This document shows, in pieces, positions 27,801-39,952 of a stretch of 64,000 nt of DNA (the first letter of the stretch is position 1; each line of letters opens with the position of its first letter). The notes under the pieces were generated by a model, which saw only the letters and a list, made by a program, of their open reading frames with translations, searched no databases and was not told the DNA's origin. A program made the position numbers and the translations under genes. The stretch comes from Macrostomum lignano (Eukaryota): contig NIVC01000551.1 of NCBI GenBank assembly GCA_002269645.1, forward strand, positions 372,001 through 436,000. The letters are read 5' to 3'.

Positions 27801-30800
27801 GTTCGGCGAGGCGCCCTCGGAGCTGACGGCGACCTCCGCGGACAGCGAGGCGTCGCCGAACTTAAAGGTCCGCACGAGCACCGGCGCTGAGCAGTCGGCC
27901 GTGAGGGCCTCGAGCCGCTGCCGGGCCTCCTCCGACTGCAGCTGGAGGCGGTGGCGGCCGCAGTCGGAGCAGTTCAGCCGCCGGGCCGCCGCGCAGCCGC
28001 CCGGACCGTCCAGTCGCAGCTCGAACTCGAACACGACGCCCCGGCCGAGCTCGGGGCTGAGCGGCTTCCAGCTGAGGCGGACGGGACCGCCAGGGACCGC
28101 CAGCGGCTGCAAGCCGCCGGACACCGCGGGCGCTTCGCCGTCGGGCAGCCGGCGCTCCGCCCTGTCGCTGCCGCGGCTGCAGCCGCCGCCCGTGCAGGCG
28201 CCGACGCGGCAGAAGCCGACGTGGCCCGGCAGCGGCGGCGGCTCGAGCGGCAGGCGAGTCGTGTCGGCCGCCGCCTCCTTGGCTCCGACGCGAATCTCAG
28301 CGCCGTCCGGGAAGCTCAGCGAGCCCCAGGCCACCGAGTAGTTGCGGATGACGCCGTTCGGCTCGCTGGGAGCCCGCCAGTCGCATAGCAACTGCGATGA
28401 CGCATCGTCCAGCCTCACCGACTGCGGCTGCGACGGCGCGTCCTCCAGCGTTCGAACCTCCGACCTCTGGGGCAGCGAGGCCAGGCCCGACAGCTCGGCG
28501 ACCGCCTCCACCGAGTAGTTGGTGAACGGCCTCAGCGGCTGCAGAGCCACGGTGCACCTGCCGGAGTCCGGGCGGCAGCTGTTGGTAGCAGCAGCGAAGC
28601 TCCCGCTGTCTGCGTGGGCGGCCGCAGTCAGCAGCTCGGAGCCGGAGCTGGCAGTCAGCGACACCTCGACGGCGCGCCTGTCCGGCAGCAGCGACACCGA
28701 AGGGCGGCCGGGCGCTGCGGGAGGCGGAAAAACCAGGCTCAGAACCAACACTCACTCAGAACCAACACTCACTCAGAACCAAGACTCACTCAGAACCAAG
28801 ACTCACTCAGAACCAACACTCACTCAGAACCAACACTCACTCAGAACCAACACTCACTCAGAACCAACACTCACTCAGAACCAACACTCACTCAGAACAA
28901 AGACTCACTTACAACAAAGACTCACTCAGAACAAACACTCACTCAGAACCAACACTCACTCAGAACCAACACTCACTCAGAACCAACACTCACTCAGAAC
29001 CAACACTCACTCAGAACCAACACTCACTCAGAACCAACACTCACTCAGAACAAAGACTCACTTACAACAAAGACTCACTCAGAACAAACACTCACTCAGA
29101 ACCAACACTCACTCAGAACCAACACTCACTCAGAACCAACACTCATTCAGAACCAACACTCACTCAGAACCAACACTCACTCAGAACCAACACTCACTCA
29201 GAACCAAGACTCACTCAGAACCGACACTCACTCAGAACCAAGACTTACTCAGAACCAAGACTCACTCAGAACCAAGACTCACTCAGAACAAAGACCCACT
29301 CAGAACCAACACTCACTCAGAACCAAGACTCACTCACAACAAAGACTCTGAGCTGAACTCACGCATCTGCAGCTGCTCAGCGATGACGATCTCCGAGCCC
29401 TCCTGTCTCAGCCCGGATTTGTTGGCCACGGCAGCCACCGCCACCGTCAGCTTCAGCGAGAGCAGCTCCGTCTCCGCCAGGCTCAGCAGCAGCCTCATCG
29501 AGTTGAACGCAGCCTCCCTCAGCAAGTCGGGCTTCGAGGCGCTGCTCACGCGGAACCGCAGCAGGTCGGCGCCCGCGGCAGCGCTGGACGTCCAGTTGAG
29601 CAGCAGCACCGCCTCAGCGGGCAGCGACTCGCTCGGATGCGACACCGCGGCAGCGGCTGAGGGTCGGCTGGCGGGGTCCGCGATGAGCAGCGGCCCTGAG
29701 AAGGGTGGGGAGATGGGGATTGAGATTGAGCTGAGTGACACTGTGAGCTGTGTGCCACTGTGAGCTGAGTGACACTGTGAGCTGAGTGAAACTGTGAGCT
29801 GAGTGACACTGTGAGCTGAGTGAAACTGTGAGCTGAGTGACACTGTGAGCTGAGTGACACTGTGAGCTGAGTGACACTGTGAGCTGAGTGACACTGTGAG
29901 CTGAGTGACACTGTAAGCTGAGTGACACTGTGAGCTGAGTGACACTGTGAGCTGAGTGACACTGTGAGCTGAGTGACACCGTGAGCTGAGTGACACTGTG
30001 AGCTGAGTGACACCGTGAGCTGAGTGACACCGTGAGCTGAGTGACACTGTGAGCTCAGTGATACTGCCAGCTATCAAACTTTAATTGAGCTTCCTACGTT
30101 GCTAACTTTGTTTTAGTTATTAGACAGGAAAAAATACAAGAAAAATCTCTGAAAAACTGGAATATTCCAGATTTTCAAGATTGTACAGGCCAGTACATAC
30201 TGGTACATGAGCACTTTGATTATAGTTGTTAGCTAATTCTTACTGAAGCCAGTGTGACTGGACTACTGCACTTATAACATAATTCTGGTTTATGAGAAAA
30301 AACAAAATACAAAAAGGCAAGAGTGGGCACCTGTTACAGTGCCGTACTAATCACAGCAATATGCAAAACTATCTTTTATTTTTGTATTTTGTCAAATCAT
30401 AGATATTCAATGGACAGATGCTGAGATGCCACAGACTTAATGCAGAGATGCTGAGATGCCACAGACTCAATGGACACATGCTGAGATGCAACAGACTTAA
30501 CGGAGAGATGCTGAGATGCCAGAGACTCAATGGACACATGCTGAGGTGCCAGAGACTTAATGGACACATGCTGAGATGCCATAGACTCAATGGACACATG
30601 CTGAGATGCCAGAGACTCAACGGACACATGCTGATATGCCTAAAGAAGAACTTTTCTATATTTTACACAATTTCATAATTTTACACGTAAAAACTTTAAT
30701 TTAGAGTTAAAATGAAAATATAATTTGTTCCCAACTTAATAAGCCCCTTAGCCCTAGAGGGGGGCTGGCTAGTCTACATATAGTAAATTTTCGTGCTGAA

Positions 30801-33800
30801 AATCTAAAAGAATAATATCCCACTAATTCATTTTAAAAAGGCATTAGGCTTCCACCAAAACAATCGATAAACTTAAAATGGCGCCCGAGACTCACAGGTG
30901 AGCAGCTGTCCCACCTCCGCCAATGCGGGCTTGAAGCCGCCCACCTTCAGCACGACAATCTGCAGGCTGAACTTCGAGCCCGACTGCAGGGAGTCGCAGG
31001 TGGCGCTGAGCCGCTGCTCAGGCGAGGTGACATTTCTGATCACGACTGAGCCGTCTGAGCCGCTGACGCAGCGCAGCTGGTGGTGAACTCCAGCACCGGT
31101 GGCTGAGGCGTCCCAGGTCACGCTGATGGCTGACTCATTGGCTGAGTAGCTGACCGAGTTGGGGTTCACTGAGTACAGCTCTGCGGCGGTTGGCGGGTGC
31201 GAGGGAATTGGTGAGGTGCGAGTTCTTTTAGTCGCAAGAAGACGCAAGCGAGCAAGAGCGAAGAGGCGACGAGACATGTACCCAGACACGCGCTCACACT
31301 GGGTGCACAGCCGCCCTGACTTTCCAAGCCAGGACCACTAGAAGTGGTCCATAATCCTTAATCACATACATATCAGGAATCTCGCATTGAAAGACTCTGA
31401 GTGAGTCTTGGTTCTGAGTGAGAAAGCATTGAATCAAAATATAGGCTTTAACCATTTTTAAGACTATAGAAAGTAATTGTATAAAATAGATTTTGCTTCA
31501 AAAAATTTAACTTAAATTTAAGTCGATAAACTAATTAAGCCACCTTAAGACCCAAGCCCATGTCCAGGGTCTTGCGATCGTCTATTAAGAACTTAAATTT
31601 GATTATAATCTATCTTTCTAATTCAGTTTCAGGCCTTTAAATACTGAAGAATCCGTAGAATACGACTGATAAGTCCCACTACAACGGAGAGTTCAAAAGT
31701 TCCTTGCCATTGGGGTGTTAGCGATTTCTGTTATTATCCAAATGACACAAAATCTAACCCGAGTCATTTGACTCTCAGGAACCAAAAAATTCAAAACGAA
31801 TTGTGAGATAAGGTGAGCTGAACTTATAGATATTTATTTGCAAAATTTGATACAACAATCAATAAAAAGATGCATCATCAAGTTGCAGTTGAAGCTTCAA
31901 CATACGTGAGATGCGAACACTAGATGAAGCACATATTCAAAAATTGTTGATATAAGAATACGATAATATAAAAGATGTGACAAAAGCAGCACTCACTGGT
32001 CAGCTGATTGGACAGAGCCGTGATGACGTCATCAAAGCCGCCCGTCTTCTGCACAACCACCCGCAGCTCATATTCCTGTCCAGACTGCAGGGAGCCGCAG
32101 GTGGCAGACGGAGTGGGTGAAGACGCGGTCGAGACTTCACCTGAGCCGACTCGCTTGCAGGTGAGCTGGTACGAGACGCCAGAAGTTCTGGATGGCTGCC
32201 AAGTCACAGAGATGGCGGTCTCATTGGAGCTATACTGAGCTGAGCTGGCGTCAATGCCGAACAGCTCTGCAATGAAACGGACCCAATAGAAGCGAGCTGT
32301 GCCTCATCAGAGCAGCTGCAATCATTTGCTGAGCTCCAACTCACTGGTCAGCTGGATTGGCAGCCAGGTGACAACTTCATCGAAGCCGCCCTGCTTAGTG
32401 ACAGCCACACTCAGGTTGTAGGCTTCTCCTGACTGCAGATTGCTGAAGCCGGCATTCAGATACTGTGATGGAGGCAGAGATGAAGAATCCCCTGTGCTGA
32501 CTCGCCTGTACGTCACCCGGTACAGAACTCCTTCAGTGATGGACGCCGCCCAAGTCAGGTGGATGGAAGTCTCTGTGATGGTGAAACTCACTGAGCTGGC
32601 GTCGATCGGGAAGAGCGCTGCATTTGCGAGGTGGGTGGGCAGCTCCTGACTTAAAAGTCCCAATTACTGTCAAATTATCATCTGATACAGACATTCCTGT
32701 CTGCTAAATTTCTTACCCTAAATATCAGTTGCTTTTGAGCACGCAGAAATATAGATGCAGCTCAAAATGAGTGAGCATTTTGTGTCTACAAATAGTGTCA
32801 GTGAGTTCACAGGCCGGGCACTGGGCGCTCGCCCTGAGCAGTCATGCCAGCTCCTCTGAGCCCTGAGCAGTCATGCCAGCTCCGCTGAGCCCTGAGCAGT
32901 CATGCCAGCTCCGCTGAGCCCTGAGCAGTCATGCCAGCTCCACTGAGCCCTGAGCAGTCATGCCAGCTCCACTGAGCCCTGAGCAGTCATGCCAGCTCCG
33001 CTGAGCCCTGAGCAGTCATGCCAGCTCCGCTGAGCCCTGAGCAGTCATGCCAGCTCCGCTGAGCCCTGAGCAGTCATGCCAGCTCCGCTGAGCCCTGAGC
33101 AGTCATGCCAGCTCCGCTGAGCCCTGAGCAGTCATGCCAGCTCCGCTGAGCCCTGAGCAGTCATGCCAGCTCCGCTGAGCCCTGAGCAGTCATGCCAGCT
33201 CCGCTGAGCCCTGAGCAGTCATGCCAGCTCCGCTGAGCCCTGAGCAGTCATGCCAGCTCCGCTGAGCCCTGAGCAGTCATGCCAGCTCCGCTGAGCCCTG
33301 AGCAGTCATGCCAGCTCCGCTGAGCCCTGAGCAGTCATGCCAGCTCCGCTGAGCCCTGAGCAGTCATGACAGTTACCCTGAGCAGTCATGCCAGTTCCCC
33401 TGAGCAGTCATGCCAGCTCCGCTGAGCCCTGAGCCAGCTCACTCACACAGGATGTACAGCAGCCCCGACTTTCTCACTGCACACTCTGGGCCTTGGGAGG
33501 GCTTGGACCCTAATGGGCAAAAATTGCACAACAAACTTCAGGCTTAATTTTCGTGCACGGAGCTCAAGGTTAATTGAGCTCGGCTGCTCTGGCATGAGAA
33601 AAATCCATGCATGCTTTGAGCCAATTGGTCAGGTTTCAGTCACGTGACGATTCTCCCAACCAATGAGCACTGAGCAAATAGAAGAAAATTGTAAATCTTG
33701 AATTATGAAATCCGAGAAACTGGATGTAGTGATTGACACAATTCTGCGATTATGAAGGCATGAAAAGGGCACACGGCATTAACCTACAGACATTTAGCTG

Positions 33801-36800
33801 TCTAATTACATTATATTATGCGTGGTTCAGACCATCACAGACTCTTATACTGTCTATTCAAAATGATTAGTTTGCTTGGTTTTTTTATTCTTGATGGAAG
33901 GCTTTTTCCCCAGTCGTTTTTCTATTGCTTTTGTGTTATCTACCCCTGGTATATAACATGTTGTGATCAAAATCGAAAAACTAATATCTTATTTCTATGC
34001 TAGAATGCACGCAATTTCACAGTTGTTGTAGGGAGCGAATAAACTTTTGTTAGTGTTATTTTTGTTAGGGACAAGTGACTAATCAAATTCACTGATTCAC
34101 TCCAAGTTTCATAGGCCAATTGATATTGTACGAAGAAATTTTCAAAGCTATGAAACTGTTTCTAAGACGGTATTTTAACATTATTTTAGCGCCAATTTAA
34201 AATTTTTATCATTTAAAACAAAAGCTTTAACACGAAAAGAGATCGTACCTTAGAAGTTAGGCCCTACTATGTCTATTTTGTATAAATATTAAAACCTTCA
34301 TATTGCAGTTTAATATGCTGCAATGAAGTTTTAATACTTATGGACTTTTTAACAATCCTTCTAAAGATTTGTCTTCTTCTGTGGGTGTACTCCCAGCTTG
34401 AAAGGTGGCTGCTTATGAATGTATAAGCAATAAGAAGGATAATACCGATGGAGTGTATAAGATAAGGAAAAAAAGAACCCAGTAACACTTTTCCATACAT
34501 GTAGTGAAGTTTCGACAGTGAGCAGCCTTTGGCGTGAAAGTCAGACGAGTTTGCCACAAAGCCGGTCTGGCCCTCAAGTATTGAACTGCATCAATGATTA
34601 TGCCATATACATGCTAGATGCTAGATACAAGATTCATACAGGTAAAACTGTGGCACCGCAGCAGCTGAGCACTCACTGGTCAGCTGGTTGGATAAAGACG
34701 TGATGACGTCATCAAAGCCCGCCTTCTGCACAGCCACCCGCAGCTCATAGGCCTGTCCAGACTGCAGGGAGCCGCAGGTGCCAGACGGAGTGGGTGAAGA
34801 CGCATTCCAGACTTCACCTGAGCCGACTCGCTTGCAGGTGAGCTGGTACGAGACGTCAGAAGTGCCGGATGGCTGCCAAGTCACAGAGATAGCGGTCTCA
34901 TTGGAGCTGTACTGAGCTGAGCTGGCGTCAATGCCAGAGAGCTCTGCAAGTTTTAATGGATATCTGTAGAATAAAATCTATAAATTTGATAAATTTACCT
35001 GAAAAAAACTGAGCGATGACGCAATAGTCCAACTGCTTAAATTAGCTAGAAGTAGTAGTAAATTTTTATACTGCCTCCAACTTAGTGTTTACTGGTAAAA
35101 CAGTTGGTCATTACCGCACTGTCTAAGCAAGGACCACTATTAAAGTTACCGTTGTATCAGGACCTAACACTAGAAAATACTGCAAAATTATTTGAAGACT
35201 GGCCTAATGCTTCCGTGTACTTCGCTATGTTTATAGCGTAGAAAACTGCACTAGCTTTGTGCAACGGTAGCTCTAAATTTGGTGCATGTATATTTTGTTA
35301 AGGTTTTAACCTGTTAAATCTACATACTTAAAATTATTTATGTTATTACATGCAACATTCCGAATTCTGGAGAACTAAATTAATGACAGAAGAGTAATTT
35401 AACCAAAATATTCTTTTTATATGCTTTGTCTGTCTTTGGAGTATCTTGCCTAATCTCTAAGCTTTATATGCTAGGTTGTAGCCAAGTAGTTAAAGCATCG
35501 GACTTACGACTCAAAGATCGGGGGTTCGATTCTCGACCCACTAAGAACAATTTGTGTCCTTCAGCTTCAGTTCACTCAGCTGTAAAATGGGTGCCAGCAT
35601 TAGCTGTGGTAATTGAGGGTGTGTGGCGACCCCCCCCCCCAGTCCTTGGACTGAACAGCCGTACGCAGCCTTCAGATGCGCTGCGCAATAGCTGCGGCTG
35701 ATCTGTCGGTAGTCAATTAGTAAAGTATTATTAATTAATAAACTATTATTTATGCTAGGCTATTTTAGACAACTAAAGCTATTTTCTTGGCGGACTGTCG
35801 CGGTCGCGGGTCTTTCCAGACCAGATCGCTGATGACATGGATGACTTTTTGTTGTCCTGGTTGAACACTGGCCGGTCAGATCTCGTGGCATCTCCGAATT
35901 CGAACCCCGAAGGATCAGAAAAGTCTTGAAAGCACCTGTGAATTGTCCTGCAAATCAAGCAGTTGTCCAGCAGTGTGGGTCCCGAGATCCTCCCCTACTT
36001 CTGCTGCAGAGTATCCAAGCTGATAAATAGAGCGATACTAAAGCTGCTTAACTGACTCTTGCGAAAGATTGTGGGCTATAAACAAAATGCACTGGTACTG
36101 CTGGACTACCCACAAGTGCATGTACACATGTCTACATGTACTTTCGACAGAAGCATGCAGTGACATAACTTTGCTTATGACACACCTGACATATTTTAAA
36201 GTGAAAATCAAGAATTACCCTGCATTTATGTTAATTATTATGAAAATTTAGTCATACTTATAGACAAAAAAAATGTTATCATTGACAACTTAAAATATTC
36301 ATACTTAATTAATCATACTATTAATTTTTAAGAAAGACAGCTTGTTTACAAAATTTTGTTTAAATAGATGTTAACAACTGAGAATTTGAGTAAATAATTT
36401 GAATCTTATAATCATTCTCATCACATATTAACCATCAGTGCGTATTTTAGTTGTGCCGTATCTCTGATTCAGATAAAGGGATTTTTATGACTTGGCATGC
36501 TGTCAGTTGTAACGCAGTTTCCTTATTTCACAACTTTTGAATGATATCATAGAGGTTCGTTAGAAGACCTAAATAAATATTTTTAAATGTTGGAGTCCAT
36601 GTTGCACCAGTGTGTCAAGATTTCAAAAATATTGCCCCCTACAACTACTCAAGTAGATACGGGAAACTGCGTTTTAGGGGGCGAGTTCTACCGAAAAAGA
36701 CATTGGGAAGAATGGGGGTTTTCATTTATTCAGCACAAAAACGGTTACTGTTTCTAAAAAGAGGCAGACCTAATGTTTATCTTTTAATATGACTTGCCTT

Positions 36801-39800
36801 TCATACAGCTCTATCGATATTCATAGCCTGTCTTCTAAAAATTCCAATAAATAAAGTTTCTCGTCTCTCTACTTGAGTAGTCCATGATTACCTCACCGAT
36901 TTTATAATTGCGATTCTTTGATAGCGAGAAGCATATATAAATTTCTGAAGCAGCCAATTCAACACTTATTTTTTTATTAGAGGCAGGGGGGGTTGTGTGC
37001 ATCCTGGCGCACTTTAAGCGACATTGGCACACAACCGGCGAGAGGCATTACTGCCCATTCTGCCGACTCCCCTGAGCAGGCACACAAGCGCGCGGATACG
37101 TACGCAGGCACACACTCACACAGGAGTGTACAGCGGCCCTAACTTTATATTATCGTTAGGCATGTACACTTCACTGCGCCTTGGGGGGTTGGCTCTCAAG
37201 GCCGTTAATTGCACGAGCAGAGCCAAGCCGAGATTCCAATTCAGCCCCAAATTAATGTGACTGCACTTGGAATCGAGCCTGGGTCGCTGGCACACCAGAG
37301 CCTGCGCTAGACCGCTGGGCTACGGCCCCCGCATTCAACACTGTACAGATTATTTACTTTTCAAAGCTTCTCAACTACAGGGCTATTCTGATATGAAACT
37401 TTGTCAAGACAAGATAAACTGACTCGCAACTTCATTCTTTTTGTCTGCAAGAAATACTGCGTATTTGGAAACTTTGCGTCATCAAACCTGAAGACAACAA
37501 AATTTCAAATAAAAGCTGACGAAAGCAATGCAAACACGCTGGCCTTCCCAATAATTTTGCAATATTTACGAGTACGAGTGTTGCTTCCTGATACTACGGT
37601 AACTGCTAGTGGTCCTTGATTAGCGATGTACAATCCTGATTGCACAAGCCAAAACCCTCAATCCCTACTGCAAAATCAATGCACACGGCTTGTATTGTGA
37701 TTTGTTATCTCAACTGCCTCAACTGTTGCAACCGCTATTTGCAAGGATTTCCAAAACAAAGCACCAGGGAACTCACTGGTCAGCTGATTGGACAGAGGCG
37801 TGATGACGTCATCAAAGCCGCCCGACTTCTGCACAGCCACCCGCAGCTCATATTCCTGTCCAGACTGCAGGGAGCCGCAGGTGGCAGACGCACTGGATGA
37901 AGACGCAGTCGAGACTTCACCTGAGCCGACCCGCTTGCAGGTGAGCTGGTACGAGACGCCAGAAGTGTTGGATGGCTGCCAAGTCACAGAGATGGCGGTC
38001 TCATTGGAGCTGTGCTGAGCTGAGCTGGCGTCAATGCCGAACAGCTCTGCAATTGATGAGCATCTCTGACGAGTTTGATTTCTAATGAAGGCAGTTAAAT
38101 TAATCTATAAGTAATTACTACATGTAATTCATAAGCAAATTTACAGGTATTGAGAGCACACTAAATCTTGCCACTTACACAGTCAAGCAGAGGCTCCAAG
38201 ATTGCAGATGGCGCTTGGCAGTTTATAATTTTATTGAGCAGCAATTTATTGGGGAATTTCAGGACAGCTCGTGACTTATACCGTACCTGACTCTGCCTGC
38301 TCACTGAGCAAGTCTGTCAATAAAGAATTTCCAGGTGTGCATGGCTTCACGAAAAATGGAAACCACATTAACCAGAAACCAATTTCATACAGTATCCACA
38401 ACTACTAGATGTACTTTAAAAGTAAGGAGAATTTTGTCATAACTCATGAACTTTAAATTTTTATCCAACAACTTTATAAATAGAGCCAACAAAGACCTTC
38501 ATTTTCTAATTGATATAACTGCTCGCTGTGTATTTTGATTTGAAAGTGTCCAGACCTCGATATTAAAAATTACGCCTTCTGTCTATGGTAAAAAGGTTTA
38601 GAGCTTGAAATTTATTTTTCTGCATTTGGTTGCCTGGTTGGTTGAACACTTTCTTCTACCATAGACAAAACATGTCCCGCGAATACAGGGAGCGGAGAAT
38701 ACTCATAATCTCCGCGAATCTAGTCAATATTCTCCGCTCTTTGCATTCGTGGGATACATTTAAATAACCAACTGAAACGAGGAGAATGTCTATGGATAAT
38801 CTCAGAGGTCCTAACCGGAACCCTAACCCTAACCACCTAGGAGATTCTGCATAGACATTTTCCTCGTTTCAGTCGGTTATTATACATCAGTTTCATCTAA
38901 GTTATTATTCTTCCATTTTCTACTTTAGGAATCTGTAATCAGTGCAAATCAGTCTAGATGAGTGATATTGCTGCTATCATTTCAACTCGATATGAAATTT
39001 TCGTTTGATCAAATCTCAACTCAGTTTAATTATCAAAGTTTCTAAAAATTCATCATAATACAAATTATATTGTAGTTCTGGCCACGTCTGTATTACAGTA
39101 CAGCTAAAATATCTCCAATATGACAATGGAGCTCACTGGTCAAAGCTGTGCCGTAAATGAAATTCGCAGGCTCAAACCCAGTCTTGACGGGTCTCACTCT
39201 GACAGTGACAGAGGCTCCGGATGGCTGGCCTGTGCACACAGCGGTTGTGTCTGGCACTCTGCCAGCGCAGCTGACTTCATACTCGACTCCGGCATCGGGA
39301 GAGGCCGCCCACCGGGCTCTGAAGCTCGTCTCCGTCACATCCGAAATGTGCACTGGTCCTGGGATATTGCTGAGAACTGAAATTTAGTAGGGAATTGCTT
39401 AACTAATGTTGTGAAGTTTCGCCAGCTGGTTTTGAATTTAGGAGTGAGAAATACTTTGAATTTATTTATAAATCGAGGTGGCCAGGTGTGGCACCTGAGG
39501 CTGCGTGCATTCTGCACTGAATGACCCGCACAGTTTTCATTCTCACGTGTCCTTCCAGAAAGATGGAATGCAGGGCTGAGGCTGCAGTTCTGAAGTCCAG
39601 CCTGAATGGAGAAGTTGTACTCAGTAGCCGCTGTGAGACCTCGAAATGTGAATGTCTCATCTGAAGTGTTGTGCTGCCGACTGGGACAGCTGGGGCAGTT
39701 TACTGTGTAAAAGTACCCTGTGATGCCACGGTCTGGTGGCAGCCAATCAACTGTTATTGATGAAGATGTAGAAGAGCGAACTTTAGCCACTGTCACAGGA

Positions 39801-39952
39801 TCCACCTGACCCGGCACCAGTTTTCCACACGACGTGCCTTGAGCAGCCGCCTCATCGCACAGCAGCAGAGCAGCTGCAGCAGCAACCAGAAGCAGCCAGC
39901 AGCAGCAACTGCAGTGAAAGAGTCGTGGAATTCCAGTTGACATGCCAGACAT
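18823..39952 (-). CDS. Receptor-type tyrosine phosphatase, R3-subtype architecture (signal peptide, about 12-13 FN3, TM, single PTP domain), about 1700 aa
   Basis: Exons 39952-39547, 39358-39137, 38046-37777, 34943-34677, 32617-32345, 32266-31997, 31180-30896, 29695-29363, 28714-27591, 23887-23463, 22065-21949, 21542-21059, 20524-20075, 19103-19031, 18932-18823. All junctions are GT-AG and phase-compatible, 5109 nt in total. TM segment MTIVVAVAVSVLVAMAIAAGLLGLVWYRRR; PTP motifs KNRYINILPFD, DYINAS, IACQGP, KCEQYWP, WEDHAVP, VLHCSAGVGRTG, MVQTKHQY. The first and last exon boundaries are less certain. Confidence 0.9.
19176..20035. repeat. 28-bp intronic minisatellite GGCATAGCAACTGAGGATCTGGGAGGCT
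   Basis: Direct tandem repetition in an RPTP intron. Confidence 0.95.
21630..21912. repeat. About 31-bp intronic minisatellite CAGCAGGTCTGTCTCACCTTACAGCAGGGGT
   Basis: Direct tandem repetition. Confidence 0.9.
22540..23140. repeat. 15-bp intronic minisatellite GGGAATCCCAGTCAT
   Basis: Degenerate tandem repetition. Confidence 0.9.
24060..26060. repeat. 10-12-bp CATCACTCTC(C) minisatellite, interrupted at about 24340-24650
   Basis: Direct tandem repetition. Confidence 0.92.
26950..27548. repeat. 20-bp intronic minisatellite CCGCTGTCCCTTCAGTCCCT
   Basis: Direct tandem repetition. Confidence 0.95.
28738..29350. repeat. 17-bp intronic minisatellite AGAACCAACACTCACTC
   Basis: Direct tandem repetition. 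Confidence 0.95.
29728..30062. repeat. 17-bp intronic minisatellite CTGAGTGACACTGTGAG
   Basis: Direct tandem repetition. Confidence 0.95.
30412..30640. repeat. 30-bp intronic minisatellite
   Basis: ATGCTGAGATGCCAGAGACTCAATGGACAC units. Confidence 0.9.
32832..33432. repeat. 29-bp intronic minisatellite GCCCTGAGCAGTCATGCCAGCTCCGCTGA
   Basis: About 20 near-perfect copies. Confidence 0.97.
35474..35750 (+). mobile_element. tRNA-derived SINE (family 1), full-length, in an RPTP intron
   Basis: A-box-like TAGCCAAGTAG, B-box GGTTCGATTC, AT-rich tail, 7-bp flanking direct repeat TATGCTA (35467-35473 and 35751-35757); second copy at 4573-4753. Confidence 0.8.
36967..37332 (-). mobile_element. tRNA-derived SINE (family 2, tRNA-His-like head), full-length
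   Basis: Head GGGGCCGTAGCCCAGCGGTCTAGCGC...GGCTCGATTCC (A and B boxes), A-rich tail, 10-bp target-site duplication ATTCAACACT (36957-36966 and 37333-37342). Partial copies at about 11925-12055, 31245-31325 and 33439-33520. Confidence 0.8.
38673..38886. mobile_element. Small non-autonomous element made of two adjacent hairpins, one with a (CCTAAC)n loop
   Basis: Inverted arms GGGAGCGGAGAATA/TATTCTCCGCTCTT and AACTGAAACGAGGAGAATGTCTATG/CATAGACATTTTCCTCGTTTCAGTC. Superfamily not determined. Confidence 0.5.

Noticed and set aside
27022-29763. 439-aa and 414-aa plus-strand ORFs
   Set aside because: Antisense shadows of GC-rich RPTP exons joined to intronic repeats.
19176-30062. Idea that the other intronic minisatellites (19176, 28738, 29728) also derive from splice junctions
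   Set aside because: The in-frame acceptors (19103, 28714, 29695) lie outside those arrays; only the 3395-3664 array overlaps a real junction.
18823-39952. Naming the phosphatase PTPRQ or PTPRB
   Set aside because: The architecture supports the R3 subtype only; it lacks the PTPRQ WPE signature, and orthology needs a tree.
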